Shown: positions 41,789 through 52,067, counted from the stretch's first letter. The stretch: DNA of 60,063 nucleotides from an uncultured Puniceicoccaceae bacterium (GCA_963933035.1 CAWVTP010000001.1:1-60063); one strand, 5' to 3'. Notes: generated from the letters alone by a model not told the origin. Numbers and translations: made by a program.

Positions 41789-42373
41789 CTAGCGATCAGC
41801 AGAAGTCCGTAAAGCCATCGGCGCCTCTAAAATTTCTTTATAGATGACAGCTCGCCGCGCCAACAGCGGATTTTTCAAAGATTTCCGCAAAGACGACTGC
41901 AACGCTCCCAGTGTACGCTTAGCGGTTATTGAAGGTTCTTCAGACGAGCCTGGCCGCGCGACTCCCTTTTGTAAAGCGGCCGCCTGCGCTTTGGTGGCCT
42001 CAATACGCCGCAACTGAGCTTCCATCAGCGTCTCGTAAGTCGAAGTCGGTGCCGGCGATACTGACGGCTGACGGGGCATCACAACTGGCTCTGACTCAAT
42101 CCTCGGCTTCGGGGCCTGCTGCTGCGGTTCTGCTTGCGGATTGGTAGGTTGGGCCGCCGCCGGCTCACCCGTGGCTTGCCGCCGCTCCTGAATCTTGCGG
42201 CGGATTTGGTCGCGAATTTCCTGCTCACGCGCCAAGATCTCCGGATCCGGCCGCCCGGGACGGTGCCCAGGAGCCGGATCTTCTTTCTGCGAGCCCTTCG
42301 AAAAGAACTGACTCAACAGATAGACCGCGCCGACGATGATCGGGACCAAATATTCTAGTAACTCACCCATCAA
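41789..42373 (-). CDS. single-TM protein with Pro/Gln/Arg-rich disordered tail
   Basis: N-terminal TM LEYLVPIIVGAVYLLSQFF followed by low-complexity sequence. Last gene of the nfeD-floA string. Confidence 0.5.
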   Translation of the reverse strand: MMGELLEYLVPIIVGAVYLLSQFFSKGSQKEDPAPGHRPGRPDPEILAREQEIRDQIRRKIQERRQATGEPAAAQPTNPQAEPQQQAPKPRIESEPVVMPRQPSVSPAPTSTYETLMEAQLRRIEATKAQAAALQKGVARPGSSEEPSITAKRTLGALQSSLRKSLKNPLLARRAVIYKEILEAPMALRTSADR

Positions 42374-42415
42374 GCTGCTTCTAAGTGCGGTGCAGACAGC
42401 TGCCGCGCGCTAAAA

Positions 42416-43453
42416 TTATGCTGGATTGTCCTCTCCCTTCGAGATGGAATCACGCATATCGGTATCGGCCTTAATGTTATTCAGACGATAGTAATCCATT
42501 ACCCCCAAATTACCGCTGCGGAAAGCTTCTGCCAGCGCCAAGGGCACTTGCGCTTCCGCTTCCACCACTTTAGCGTTCATTTCTTCGACCTTCGCCTTCA
42601 TTTCTTGCTCCAGCGCAACCGCAGCCGCCCGCCGCATTTCGGCCTTAGCTTGCGCCACATTTTTGTCAGCCTCAGCTTGTGACTCTTGCAACTTGGCGCC
42701 GATATTTTCGCCGACGTCAACGTCCGCAATGTCGATGGATAAAATCTCGAATGCGGTACCCACATCCAATCCACGCTCCAGCACCACCTTAGAAATCGTA
42801 TCTGGCGATTCCAAAACTGTCTTGTAAGAATCAGCCGATCCAATGGTGGTCACGATGCCCTCTCCCACACGAGCAATAATCGTCTCTTCCAAAGCACTGC
42901 CTACATAATTGTCCAAATTAGAACGAACTGTCACTCGAGCACGCGCTTTTACCTGAATCCCGTCTTTAGCCACCCCATCAATGGTGGCACGTCCACCGGA
43001 ACTGGCAGGACACTCAATCACCTTAGGGTTGATCGACGTGCGCACCGCCTCCAATACCGACTTGCCGGTCCCCTTGGTGGCCAAATCAATCGCACAGGCA
43101 CGTTGCCAATTTAAAGTAATGTTGGCCTTATCCGCAGCGATCAAAGATTGCACCGTCTGAATCACATTACCCTCCGCCAAGTAGTGCGCTTCCAAATCGT
43201 TCGCATCCATAGTGATGCCCGCTTTGACCGAGGTAATCCGCGCATCCACCACTAGGGAGGCCGGCACACCCCGTAAGCGCATGGCAATCAAAGTGGGGAA
43301 GCCTACCGGAGCACCCGATAGCAAAGCGCGCAACCATATGCTGAAAAAGTTGATAATCACGAAGGCCACCACCAAAAGAAATAATGCGACAACTGCGAAC
43401 AAGGCGATCTGCCATGTGGCGACACCGAGAGAGAAAAAAGAAGGTAAACTCAT
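42416..43453 (-). CDS. floA: flotillin-like protein FloA (UPF0365/YqfA family, SPFH domain)
   Basis: N-terminal TM, then [21 protein letters not shown] and an SPFH core with an A/E-rich C-terminal coiled coil. 4-nt overlap with the upstream NfeD gene. Confidence 0.85.
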   Translation of the reverse strand: MSLPSFFSLGVATWQIALFAVVALFLLVVAFVIINFFSIWLRALLSGAPVGFPTLIAMRLRGVPASLVVDARITSVKAGITMDANDLEAHYLAEGNVIQTVQSLIAADKANITLNWQRACAIDLATKGTGKSVLEAVRTSINPKVIECPASSGGRATIDGVAKDGIQVKARARVTVRSNLDNYVGSALEETIIARVGEGIVTTIGSADSYKTVLESPDTISKVVLERGLDVGTAFEILSIDIADVDVGENIGAKLQESQAEADKNVAQAKAEMRRAAAVALEQEMKAKVEEMNAKVVEAEAQVPLALAEAFRSGNLGVMDYYRLNNIKADTDMRDSISKGEDNPA

Positions 43454-43914
43454 GATTTTTTAATGATTAGTCCAAAATTGTTGTGGTCGATGACTTCAAT
43501 GCGAACACCTTGATCAATGTAACCGTCCCGAGAATAGGCATCATAAACTTGGGAAGCAATCAACACTTTTCCACTCGGATTGAGGGCTGTCAGACTTTCT
43601 CCGCCTTGTCCCAACAACTGAGCTTGGGGCTGTGATGGCGAAGACCCCGCCCTCAGACTCGTTTTGAGCATGAAACCTTTCGCTAAAGGCGACCGCACCC
43701 AATATTTGAACCCGAATATAACAAGAAATAAATTGCTCACCAAAAGTCCGGCCCCCATTAGAACGGCTGTCAGCCCACCAAACAACTGATAAGTATGCCA
43801 AACCGCATACGAGCCCAAGCCAAAAGCCAAAATCCCAAGGATGCCGCCCGGCAATAAGAGCTCGCAAAAGACCAAAAACCAGGTGGCCAGGATGAGCGCA
43901 ACTAAGAGCATCAT
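43450..43914 (-). CDS. NfeD-like membrane protein (short form, C-terminal OB domain)
   Basis: Three TM helices followed by the [15 protein letters not shown]....[16 protein letters not shown] beta-barrel pattern. Confidence 0.75.
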   Translation of the reverse strand: MMLLVALILATWFLVFCELLLPGGILGILAFGLGSYAVWHTYQLFGGLTAVLMGAGLLVSNLFLVIFGFKYWVRSPLAKGFMLKTSLRAGSSPSQPQAQLLGQGGESLTALNPSGKVLIASQVYDAYSRDGYIDQGVRIEVIDHNNFGLIIKKS

Positions 43915-45350
43915 GCCGCAGGCGCCTCCACTACAACCAGTCCAAAGTCGCTCTCGGACACCACACGTACCGCTGCCCCATGTGCGATCGGCCCCAGCTC
44001 GCTGCGAGCTTCGTAACGCTGGCCAGCCAGCTCGATGCGGCCACTCGGGTACAGATCGGTGACGGCATGACCCAGCTGCCCCACCAATGAAGCTCTCGAC
44101 GAAGACGTGGTGACTGCGGCTGGTTCTGTCGAGCCCACCACCCGCTCTAAAACCAATAAGCGCTCAAATAAAGAGCCCTGGAAAAAGCGTCCCAATAAAA
44201 CCGCCCCCACAATAGCCATCAGCAATGCGAGCAGCAAATTGAGCGCTGGATCAAACAAGAGATCTGCATTGAAATCAAACCCCTCGTTGGGCCACAGATC
44301 GACCATCGCCCACAGCAGTGACCCAAAAATGAATGCCAATCCACTCAGGGCTGCAATCAGTGTGCCAGGAAAGAAGAAGAGCTCGAGCAAGACCAACAAC
44401 ACCCCTAAAATAAAAAATAAAATCACCTCGTTGCCCGCCAGTCCTGCGATGTACTGACTCGCAAAAAAGATCGCTATACAAGCAATCCCCAAACCACCAA
44501 ATAGACCAAATCCGGGTGTTTTGAATTCCAAGAATAAAAACAGTAAACCGATCCCCATTAATGCGGGCGCAAAGGTATTCATCCATTTTGCCAATGATTC
44601 TGAATAAGTAATTTCGTAGTAGCGAACCGTGTGGTTACCAGCTCCAAATCGTGCATCCAACAGCGCATCCATCGACTCGTAAATACCACTTGCTAGCAAT
44701 GCTTGAGGCGGCTCCCCATAGCGCTGCATCGCCTCTTTAGCCGTCAGCGTCAACAGCTCGCCTGCAGGCTTTATCACCTCATCTCCGATCTTAAACTCAA
44801 AATCGGCATCCAACATGGCGCGCAAGACATCTGCACGATACGGAATGTCCTCGGTTAAGGCACGTAGATTTGCCCGCAAATAACTCTCAATCTTCATGGC
44901 CGCCGTTTCTGGAACCTCGGCACCACCGCTCTGAATGACTGCCGAAGCTCCCATCTTTCCAGTGGGCGCAAAATAAATCGACTCGGTAGCCGCCGCAATA
45001 AAGGACCCAGCCGAGATGGCATCTACATTAACATAGGTTGCCGTTTGCCCCTCAAAACGAGCCAACATTTCCATCATTTCCAAAGTTACATCCAAACGCC
45101 CACCAGGGGTGTCCATATCCAGAATCACACAGTCAACCTGATCGCTGATCGCCTGCTTCAATGCCCTCCGTAAAATAAACAAGTTTGCTTTGTCGATCGC
45201 TTCATTGATTGGAATCACCACTACAGAAGTTGGGGCAGACTGCAGCGCGGTTGCGACGGCAGCATTGTCCAAACTCGGCCGCTCGAGTGCGTCGGCAGTG
45301 ACTACCGTGAGACACAATAGGACCAGTAGGGGTATAGAGCGCATGATCAT
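43911..45350 (-). CDS. NfeD-family membrane-bound ClpP-class serine protease
   Basis: Periplasmic ClpP-like domain (ILDMDTPGG, SAGSFIA), TM block and C-terminal NfeD OB domain (GRIELAGQRYEARS). ATG 45350 or 45344 preferred over the ORF start at 45386. Confidence 0.8.
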   Translation of the reverse strand: MIMRSIPLLVLLCLTVVTADALERPSLDNAAVATALQSAPTSVVVIPINEAIDKANLFILRRALKQAISDQVDCVILDMDTPGGRLDVTLEMMEMLARFEGQTATYVNVDAISAGSFIAAATESIYFAPTGKMGASAVIQSGGAEVPETAAMKIESYLRANLRALTEDIPYRADVLRAMLDADFEFKIGDEVIKPAGELLTLTAKEAMQRYGEPPQALLASGIYESMDALLDARFGAGNHTVRYYEITYSESLAKWMNTFAPALMGIGLLFLFLEFKTPGFGLFGGLGIACIAIFFASQYIAGLAGNEVILFFILGVLLVLLELFFFPGTLIAALSGLAFIFGSLLWAMVDLWPNEGFDFNADLLFDPALNLLLALLMAIVGAVLLGRFFQGSLFERLLVLERVVGSTEPAAVTTSSSRASLVGQLGHAVTDLYPSGRIELAGQRYEARSELGPIAHGAAVRVVSESDFGLVVVEAPAA

Positions 45351-45521
45351 ACCAAAAAAACTTAAACGGATATATGTGAATTGCAAGCTATCAGCCCGAT
45401 GTCCGCAAGTTGATTCTTGGAGCTATTTAGCCCCAAAAATGAACACATTCCTGCGCAAAGTTTTTTTAATTTTTTATTGCGCTCCAGTGTCACGAACTCC
45501 AAATATGCAGACTGCTGACAC

Positions 45522-45606
45522 GGTCGAATGGTGGAATTGGCAGACACGCATGATTAAGGGTCATGTGCCGCGAGGCGTGGGGGTTCAAGTCCCCCTTCGA
45601 CCACCA
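45522..45606 (+). tRNA. tRNA-Leu, anticodon reads AAG, CCA encoded
   Basis: Hand fold. Acceptor: GGTCGAA with TTCGACC. D arm: GTG-GAATTGGCAGA-CAC. Anticodon stem: CATGA with TCATG. Loop: TTAAGGG. Long 13-nt variable arm. T arm: GGGGG-TTCAAGT-CCCCC. Discriminator A followed by CCA. Confidence 0.9.
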
Positions 45607-45696
45607 GCTCCATTCATCCGAGCATTTATTTGCTGCAAACGCAGGGGCCTAACAACAGGCATCGCCGTGATCAAACTTAAGGTATAGCTTAACACC

Positions 45697-46449
45697 ATGC
45701 TAAAAAAAATTTTACTCATCGCGCTGATTTCGGCCATCGCGCTTTTTGCCGCAGTGTACCTGTTTGGTTCTAAAATTTTAAACGCCGCACTCAAACAAGT
45801 CATCCAAAGCGGAGCCCCCCTAGTCACCCAATGCGAAGTCGCGATCGATCAGCTGGAACTTTCGTTATTTTCCGGCGAAGGCCAAGTACGCGGTTTTGAA
45901 TTAAAAAATCCCACTGGCTTTAGTGAACAGAATTTATTTGCGCTAGACCAAATCAGTGTATCGGTTGATCCAGAATCGCTCCTCTCGCAAGAAATTCACA
46001 TCCATTCGATTGTGATTGATCAACCCAAGTTCTGTTTTGAACAGGCAATGAGTGGCTCCAACTGGCAAAAGCTGATCCAGAACCTGCAAGCATTTTCAGC
46101 GAACAGCGCTAATACCCAGCAGCCATCCAGCAATGCAGAGAGCAGCAATGCCGATACCCCAATGCCCAAAATTCGGATCGATTCCCTCTCGATCCAAGAG
46201 GCACAAGTCGCACTCTCCCTCCTTGGCGTTGAGAAAGTCTTAGAGCTTCCGAGTATCCACATTACCGACTTAAACCCACAAGGCCAAGCTCTCGACGCGC
46301 ATGAACTGCTAATTCAAGTCAGCGAGCGAATTTTGCAAGAAATCACCAAACTGTCCCTACCCACCAACTTAAAGGGATCCGACATAAAATCGCTGGTCCC
46401 CGCCAATGCGCTTAAAGGTCTGCGCCAAGCGATTGAAGGCGCTCTGTAG
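45697..46449 (+). CDS. membrane-anchored AsmA/DUF748-like protein
   Basis: N-terminal anchor, then a beta-rich pattern (VAIDQLELSLFSGEGQVRGFELKNP, ISVSVDPESLL) reminiscent of AsmA-family N-termini. Confidence 0.5.
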   Translation: MLKKILLIALISAIALFAAVYLFGSKILNAALKQVIQSGAPLVTQCEVAIDQLELSLFSGEGQVRGFELKNPTGFSEQNLFALDQISVSVDPESLLSQEIHIHSIVIDQPKFCFEQAMSGSNWQKLIQNLQAFSANSANTQQPSSNAESSNADTPMPKIRIDSLSIQEAQVALSLLGVEKVLELPSIHITDLNPQGQALDAHELLIQVSERILQEITKLSLPTNLKGSDIKSLVPANALKGLRQAIEGAL

Positions 46450-46586
46450 CCTGGCCACGCAAGCCTCCTGAAAAAAGCCCCCAAGCAGGCTTTATGCATC
46501 ATGCGCCATCGCCCTACCTCTAGAAAGGCCAGCAGGTCAACCCGACACCCATAGCCTGTGTGTCGCTTGCTTGCAGCACCCTACAC

Positions 46587-47402
46587 TCAATCAACAGACT
46601 CACGATCCCGACACAGATCACAAATACACTCGGCAACACCATTGCGCATACGATAACGAAACTCGCGCTCGGGTGCATTCAAATCAGTCGCATCGCATAA
46701 ACTGCAGACATGCCTTGGTTGTGACTGCTCAATACGTTGTTTTTTTTCAAACTCCACCCGTCGACGCTGACTCTGGATCGACTGTTGCATGGCATCTCGA
46801 AAGAACAAAAAGAAGTTCAGCAGGGGCGCCAACATCGCAATCCGATCCCCTATGGTTGGCGCTAAGATAAAGGAGAAGGCACAAAAGCCAGCAATAATCC
46901 AGGCCAGCCACTTCACCTTCATCGGGATCACTAAAAAGATCAAAAACTGCACATTTGGATTCAGGGTCGCAAAAGCAAAGAAAACACTTAAGTACAGAAA
47001 ATTGGGACTCACCACAATCGTCGAACTTGGTGAAACCAATTGCCCCAACATCGCGCCCACAATGGTGAACAAAATACCCGCCAATAAGAAGACATTGAGC
47101 CGAAAAACCGACCATGCCGCCTCCAGCGCTGAACTCATCATCCAAAAAACATACCAAAAAAAGGCTAAAAAGAGTGCTTGAAACAAGCTAGTCGCCACCG
47201 ATGGCGGTGCTAACAAAAAGGAGACCAGCCGCCACCACTCCCCGCCCAACACCGCCTTGGGCACCAGTAGCATGGACCCATAGTCCACCCTCCCGATAAT
47301 GATACAGGCATACAGCACCAGCTGGGCAATGATGAGAATGAGAACCACGTTGGGAACAGCCCAGTGGCCAAATCGCCTTTCGGCACGATCGAGTAAGCGC
47401 AT
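46587..47402 (-). CDS. polytopic membrane protein, rhomboid-like N-terminal motif plus C-terminal CxxC..CxxC zinc ribbon
   Basis: GGEWWRLVSFLL resembles the rhomboid TM2 motif, but I see no GxSG or catalytic His. The tail has CSLC and CDLC pairs. Confidence 0.5.
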   Translation of the reverse strand: MRLLDRAERRFGHWAVPNVVLILIIAQLVLYACIIIGRVDYGSMLLVPKAVLGGEWWRLVSFLLAPPSVATSLFQALFLAFFWYVFWMMSSALEAAWSVFRLNVFLLAGILFTIVGAMLGQLVSPSSTIVVSPNFLYLSVFFAFATLNPNVQFLIFLVIPMKVKWLAWIIAGFCAFSFILAPTIGDRIAMLAPLLNFFLFFRDAMQQSIQSQRRRVEFEKKQRIEQSQPRHVCSLCDATDLNAPEREFRYRMRNGVAECICDLCRDRESVD

Positions 47403-47432
47403 GCTTGGATGAATAAAGAGTTGAAAATACAG

Positions 47433-47873
47433 TTAATTTGAAATTTCAGAATCGAAGGCCTTCATCAAGGTCTGCCAGGGCAGCGTGGCGCAGGCGATCC
47501 GTCCAGGAAATTTGCGCACTTCAGCGAGTGCCGCCAGCGGATCCGTCCCCGCAGCTGCCGCCCCATCGGAAGCTTCCGCCGCGATGCGGGCTTGCAAATG
47601 CTCAAAACACTGCTGCGCATCCTGCAGCGACTTTCCCTGCAACTCATTCGCCATCATTGAGGCCGAGGCGGTGGTGATGGCACAGGCGGCGGCCTTGAAA
47701 CTAAGCGACTCAATCCACTGGCCCTGTAGCTGCAAAAAAATCTCCACATGGTCGCCACACAAGGGGTTGTAGCCTTCCGCTGTATGCGTTGGCTGCTGCA
47801 AAGCACCATAGTGTCGGGGCTGCTTGCTGTGCTCCAAAATAATAGATTGATACAAATCACTGACAGCGGACAT
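47433..47873 (-). CDS. sufU: SufU/IscU-like Fe-S scaffold / sulfur acceptor
   Basis: YNPLCGDHV and the AAACAITTASASMM cysteine motif. Directly downstream of sufS. Confidence 0.85.
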   Translation of the reverse strand: MSAVSDLYQSIILEHSKQPRHYGALQQPTHTAEGYNPLCGDHVEIFLQLQGQWIESLSFKAAACAITTASASMMANELQGKSLQDAQQCFEHLQARIAAEASDGAAAAGTDPLAALAEVRKFPGRIACATLPWQTLMKAFDSEISN

Positions 47874-47877
47874 CTGA

Positions 47878-49104
47878 CTATAGAAAAAATTGTTTGAGTT
47901 TCAAAATTCCGGCCCGCAAACGATCGACTTCTGCCAAGGTATTGTAAAACGCAAAAGATGCGCGTGCAGTCGCCGGCAGCCCGAAACGCTTCAAGAGCGG
48001 CTGGGTGCAGTGATGGCCTGCGCGAATGGCGATGCCGTCGGCATTGAGAAAAGTGCTCATATCGTGGGGGTGGATGCCATCTATGGTGAAGGAGAGCACA
48101 GAGGCTTTGTCGGGTGCCTGCCCCCAAATACGCAAGCCCTCGATCGAGCCTAACTGCTCCGTCGCGTAGGTGAGCAATTCCGTTTCATGCTGCAGTGCTC
48201 CCGCGCGGTCGAGACCATTCAGATAATCGATGGCAGCCCCTAGGCCAATCACCCCTGCAATATGAGGTGTTCCCGCCTCAAACTTGCTGGGAATCGGCTT
48301 GTACGTGGTCCCTTCAAAGTCCACCTGCTCAATCATATCCCCCCCACTCTGATAGTAGGGCATCGCCTCTAAGTAAGCACGCTTACCCCATAGCACGCCA
48401 ATGCCAGTGGGCCCAAATAGCTTATGCCCCGAAAAGACAAAAAAGTCGCATCCCAGTGCTTGCACATCGATTGGCATATGCGGCACAGATTGCGCCCCAT
48501 CCAACAGTACCGGAATATTTTTCGCATGCGCCTTTTCGATCAACTGCTTAACTGGGTTAATCGTCCCCAAGGAATTTGAGACATGCGTGAGCGCCAGTAA
48601 GCGGGTGGACGCCCCCAAGAGTGCATCGAATGCTTCCAGGTCCAAAACCCCTCGCTCATCGACCGGAATCACTTTCAATACTGCCCCGGTACGCTCAGCC
48701 GCAATTTGCCAAGGAACAATATTGGCATGATGTTCCATATGGGTGATCAAAATCTCATCCCCGGCCTTCAGGCCGGACTGCGTCCATCCGTGCGCAATCA
48801 AATTAATGGCCTCGGTCGCCCCACGCACAAAAATAACTTCGTCTGGATCCGGAGCCTGTATAAAATCGGCCACTTTGTGACGTACCTGCTCATAGGCCTC
48901 GGTGGCCTGTTCACTCAAATGATGCAGTCCGCGATGAATGTTGGCATTCTGCTTGCGGTAATACTGCTCCAGGGCGTCGATCACAGACTGCGGTTTTTGC
49001 GCCGTGGCCGCATTGTCCAGATAGGTCAAGGGCTGGCCATTGACCTCGGTCTGAAGAATCGGAAAGTCTGCGCGAACGGCATCTAAGTTGAATGGTACTG
49101 GCAT
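47878..49104 (-). CDS. sufS: cysteine desulfurase, SufS type
   Basis: [15 protein letters not shown], the SGHK PLP lysine and [10 protein letters not shown] active-site Cys loop. Start set at ATG 49104 ([10 protein letters not shown]). Confidence 0.93.
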   Translation of the reverse strand: MPVPFNLDAVRADFPILQTEVNGQPLTYLDNAATAQKPQSVIDALEQYYRKQNANIHRGLHHLSEQATEAYEQVRHKVADFIQAPDPDEVIFVRGATEAINLIAHGWTQSGLKAGDEILITHMEHHANIVPWQIAAERTGAVLKVIPVDERGVLDLEAFDALLGASTRLLALTHVSNSLGTINPVKQLIEKAHAKNIPVLLDGAQSVPHMPIDVQALGCDFFVFSGHKLFGPTGIGVLWGKRAYLEAMPYYQSGGDMIEQVDFEGTTYKPIPSKFEAGTPHIAGVIGLGAAIDYLNGLDRAGALQHETELLTYATEQLGSIEGLRIWGQAPDKASVLSFTIDGIHPHDMSTFLNADGIAIRAGHHCTQPLLKRFGLPATARASFAFYNTLAEVDRLRAGILKLKQFFL

Positions 49105-49309
49105 AAGCGACCTAACTTCGACTAAAACACACAGAATCTCAATTGAAATAATTGCTTTTTGCGGGCGATACGAACAATTTCTGTGCACGCGCAGCGCCCA
49201 AAGCCATTTTTCGTGCCGCATGGCCACTTGCGAATGCGCTAAACATGCCTTCTTCGGGATGCTGCCCACCCGCTGAGCTCCCGTTTGATCGCATCAGCGC
49301 AATCACTCA

Positions 49310-50989
49310 CTAGCTAGGGATCGCCGCAGATTCTGCCAGTAAGACTTCGGCATGCGCGCGCGCAGAGGCGGAATGTCGATCCCCCAGCATGCGTGCCAAC
49401 TCCAGCTTGCGTGCCTCGGCATCCTCCTCTAGCGCCTGCATGCTCACCACCGTTTGCTCCTGCTGCATCTCTTTGCTCACCAGAACATGAGCAGTCGCCT
49501 GCGCCGCAACTTGGGGCAAGTGCGTCACACAGAACACCTGATGTTTGGCCGACAAACGCAGCAGCTCCGCGCCCACCGCGCGCCCCACTTCGCCGCCCAC
49601 ATTGGCATCCACCTCATCAAAGACCAAAATAGGGGTGGCATCAGCGTCAGCCAACACCGTCTTGAGCGCCAGCATCACCCGCGCCGTCTCGCCACTGGAG
49701 GCAATTTTATTGAGCGGCTGCATGGTATGCCCAGCATTGGAGGAAAAATACATCTGACATTGACTCGAACCCGCTTCGGAGAGCGTCTGCAATGCGCTAA
49801 CTTGAATCTCAAATTTAGCATATTTGAAACCCAGTGAGCGCAAAAGTTTCACTACTTGCTGGGACAGGAATTCAGCCGCTTGCTCACGCGCCTGGGTGAT
49901 GGCCTTGGCCTCGGACCACAGGCTCGCCTCCAACTGTTTGGCCTGTGCACGCTTTTCGGCCACAATCCCCTCAAGATCCCCCTGCAAGGCTAGACTGCGC
50001 GCCAGCTCCTCACGCTTGCTCAAAACGGCCGCCACACTGCCCCCATATTTGCGCCGCAATTCTTGCCACAGATTCATGTGCTCTTTAAGCTGCTCAATCA
50101 ACTCCGGTTCAAATTCGAATTGCCCCGACAGACGCTGCAACTCATCCCCCAAATCCTGTAATTCGATGGCCGCACTCTGCAAGCGAGCATCGATGGCCTC
50201 AAAGTCTGGATCCATCTGGACCAGTTCGTTGACTGATCCCTGCAGACGGTCCACTTGCTGAGTCAAACCAGCATCTCCCAGCAATGAATCCGCACAGTGC
50301 GCACTGAGTTGGGCTAAAGATTCCGCCTGCGAACAACGACGAAAATCGCGCTCTAGGCGCTCAATGCTGTCCTCACAAGGCGCCAACAAATCGATCCGAT
50401 CCAATTGTGCCTGATAGAAAGCGATGGTATCCTCATCCAAGCGCTCCCCCTGCTCCAATTCACTAATTTCTTGCACTTGATCACGCCACTGGGCATAGCG
50501 CTGCTGATAAGCGCTGAGTGCTGCGCTTTGTTCGGCATAAGCATCTAACAAGCGCAGTTGATTGCGTTCCACAAATAACTTTTGCGGTTCATGCGGACCA
50601 TGAAAATCGATCCACTGCTCACCCAGTGCCTGCAGTTGACTCAGCGTCGCCAACTGTCCATTGACCCAGATCTTCGGCACCTTGCTTTGATGCAGCGTGC
50701 GACGCAGTAGCAGCACCCCCTCCTCGCAGAGCGGCAGTTCCAACTGGGCCAGCTGCCGGTCGATGCGCTCAACGTTGGCAAAATACAGCGCGGCATCCAG
50801 CGACAATTGATCGGCCCCCTCGCGAATCAGGCGCTTGTTTGCACGCGCGCCCGCCAACAAACCCAGCGCCCCCAGGAGCACGCTTTTACCAGCTCCCGTC
50901 TCACCGGTCAGTGCCGTCAACCCAGCAGAAAAATCGAGTGTCACCTGCTCCAATAAAGCAAAATTCTGAATCTGTAAGTACTGTAGCAT
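49310..50989 (-). CDS. recN: DNA repair protein RecN
   Basis: LQIQNFAL, GETGAGKS Walker A, long coiled coil and C-terminal FDEVDANVGG. Start at ATG 50989. Confidence 0.93.
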   Translation of the reverse strand: MLQYLQIQNFALLEQVTLDFSAGLTALTGETGAGKSVLLGALGLLAGARANKRLIREGADQLSLDAALYFANVERIDRQLAQLELPLCEEGVLLLRRTLHQSKVPKIWVNGQLATLSQLQALGEQWIDFHGPHEPQKLFVERNQLRLLDAYAEQSAALSAYQQRYAQWRDQVQEISELEQGERLDEDTIAFYQAQLDRIDLLAPCEDSIERLERDFRRCSQAESLAQLSAHCADSLLGDAGLTQQVDRLQGSVNELVQMDPDFEAIDARLQSAAIELQDLGDELQRLSGQFEFEPELIEQLKEHMNLWQELRRKYGGSVAAVLSKREELARSLALQGDLEGIVAEKRAQAKQLEASLWSEAKAITQAREQAAEFLSQQVVKLLRSLGFKYAKFEIQVSALQTLSEAGSSQCQMYFSSNAGHTMQPLNKIASSGETARVMLALKTVLADADATPILVFDEVDANVGGEVGRAVGAELLRLSAKHQVFCVTHLPQVAAQATAHVLVSKEMQQEQTVVSMQALEEDAEARKLELARMLGDRHSASARAHAEVLLAESAAIPS

Positions 50990-51206
50990 GCCAGCAGCAT
51001 CATTAAACAAATCACACAGGATTCAAACAAGAATCGAGCTTTTGTGAGAAAAGGCATTCGCCAGTTGGCTGGGAGCACATGTCAAGCCTCCGACATCCAA
51101 CAGTACCTTTGTTTGGGTGCTTTAGCCTTGCATGAAAGGGGCAATCCACTACACAGTTAGCAAAAATTGTAGCCGACAATCTTGCGACCGCCGCCACAAT
51201 CGATCG

Positions 51207-51626
51207 ATGCCTCGTAGAAAACGCACAGCCCTAGAGCCCGAAGATTTTGCGATGACGCCGATGATCGACATGGTCTTCCTGCTATTGGTCTTTTTTATGA
51301 CAGTGAGTACCCTTGCCCAAGCCGACAAAAAGCTCGACTTGGACTTGGCCGAGTCGAACAGCAGCCAAGTCCCCAAACAATTAGAAGATCGCGGGGCCCT
51401 CTCCATCGATGAGACGGGCAAAATTTACCTCGGACAACGCTTGGTCTCACTCAAAGAAATGCAGCGGACGATCAAAGGGGAACTGCAAGCCAACCCTGAG
51501 CTTAAAATTCAAATCCGCGCTGATGCCCAAACCCCTTATCGCTCAATCGAGCCAGTCTTGAATGCCTGCTCAGAAGTCGGTGCCTACTCGATCATCTATT
51601 CCACCTATCAAGTCCGCAAGCCATGA
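51207..51626 (+). CDS. exbD: ExbD/TolR family protein
   Basis: TPMIDMVFLLLVFFM TM motif. Start at ATG 51207. Confidence 0.85.
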   Translation: MPRRKRTALEPEDFAMTPMIDMVFLLLVFFMTVSTLAQADKKLDLDLAESNSSQVPKQLEDRGALSIDETGKIYLGQRLVSLKEMQRTIKGELQANPELKIQIRADAQTPYRSIEPVLNACSEVGAYSIIYSTYQVRKP

Positions 51627-52066
51627 GTACCCGGCGCCGCAAACCAGCCATCCCGCGCGCGCAGCTACAGATCGCGCCCATGATAGACGTGGTCTTCCTA
51701 CTACTCATTTACTTCATGGTGAGTGCTTCGCTGGCTCGTCAAGAGGCCGACCTCAGCTTCCAACTGCCCGGCTCCTTGATCCAAAGCACACCACTCGACA
51801 TCCCCGACGAGCCCATCATTGTCATTGCCGCAGATGGCCAAGTCTCGGTCAACGACTACCCCTACGATTCCCCAGATGCAGCGACCTTACCGCAACTCAC
51901 CCATATGCTCAAACGCTATCACCACAGTTGCCTAGGCAACCAAGTGACGGCATCCGTCACACTAGCGCCCGCAGCCGCCGTGCGGCAACAAAGGATCGTC
52001 GAGGTGATGGATGCCTGCGCCCAAGCCGGCATCTCCGGCTTGAGCTTTGCCAGTGATCGCAAGTAA
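51623..52066 (+). CDS. exbD: ExbD/TolR family protein (second copy)
   Basis: APMIDVVFLLLIYFM TM motif. 4-nt overlap with the first exbD. Confidence 0.85.
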   Translation: MSTRRRKPAIPRAQLQIAPMIDVVFLLLIYFMVSASLARQEADLSFQLPGSLIQSTPLDIPDEPIIVIAADGQVSVNDYPYDSPDAATLPQLTHMLKRYHHSCLGNQVTASVTLAPAAAVRQQRIVEVMDACAQAGISGLSFASDRK

Positions 52067-52067
52067 G

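Noticed and set aside
47654-48127. 157-aa minus-strand ORF spanning the sufU/sufS junction
   Set aside because: It is out of frame with both genes, P/R/S-rich, and overlaps two well-supported CDSs.
51020-51035. Palindrome GATTC-N6-GAATC just upstream of recN as a LexA box
   Set aside because: It matches neither TGTTC-N4-GAACA nor GAAC-N7-GAAC, and 5-bp arms occur easily by chance. Noted only because recN is a classic SOS gene.
45522-52067. tRNA-Leu as the integration site of the 52-60 kb defence island
   Set aside because: The ~6.5 kb between the tRNA and the island encodes ordinary core functions (sufSU, recN, exbD). No integrase or tRNA 3'-end duplication is visible. The island is instead bounded by its own 219-bp repeats.
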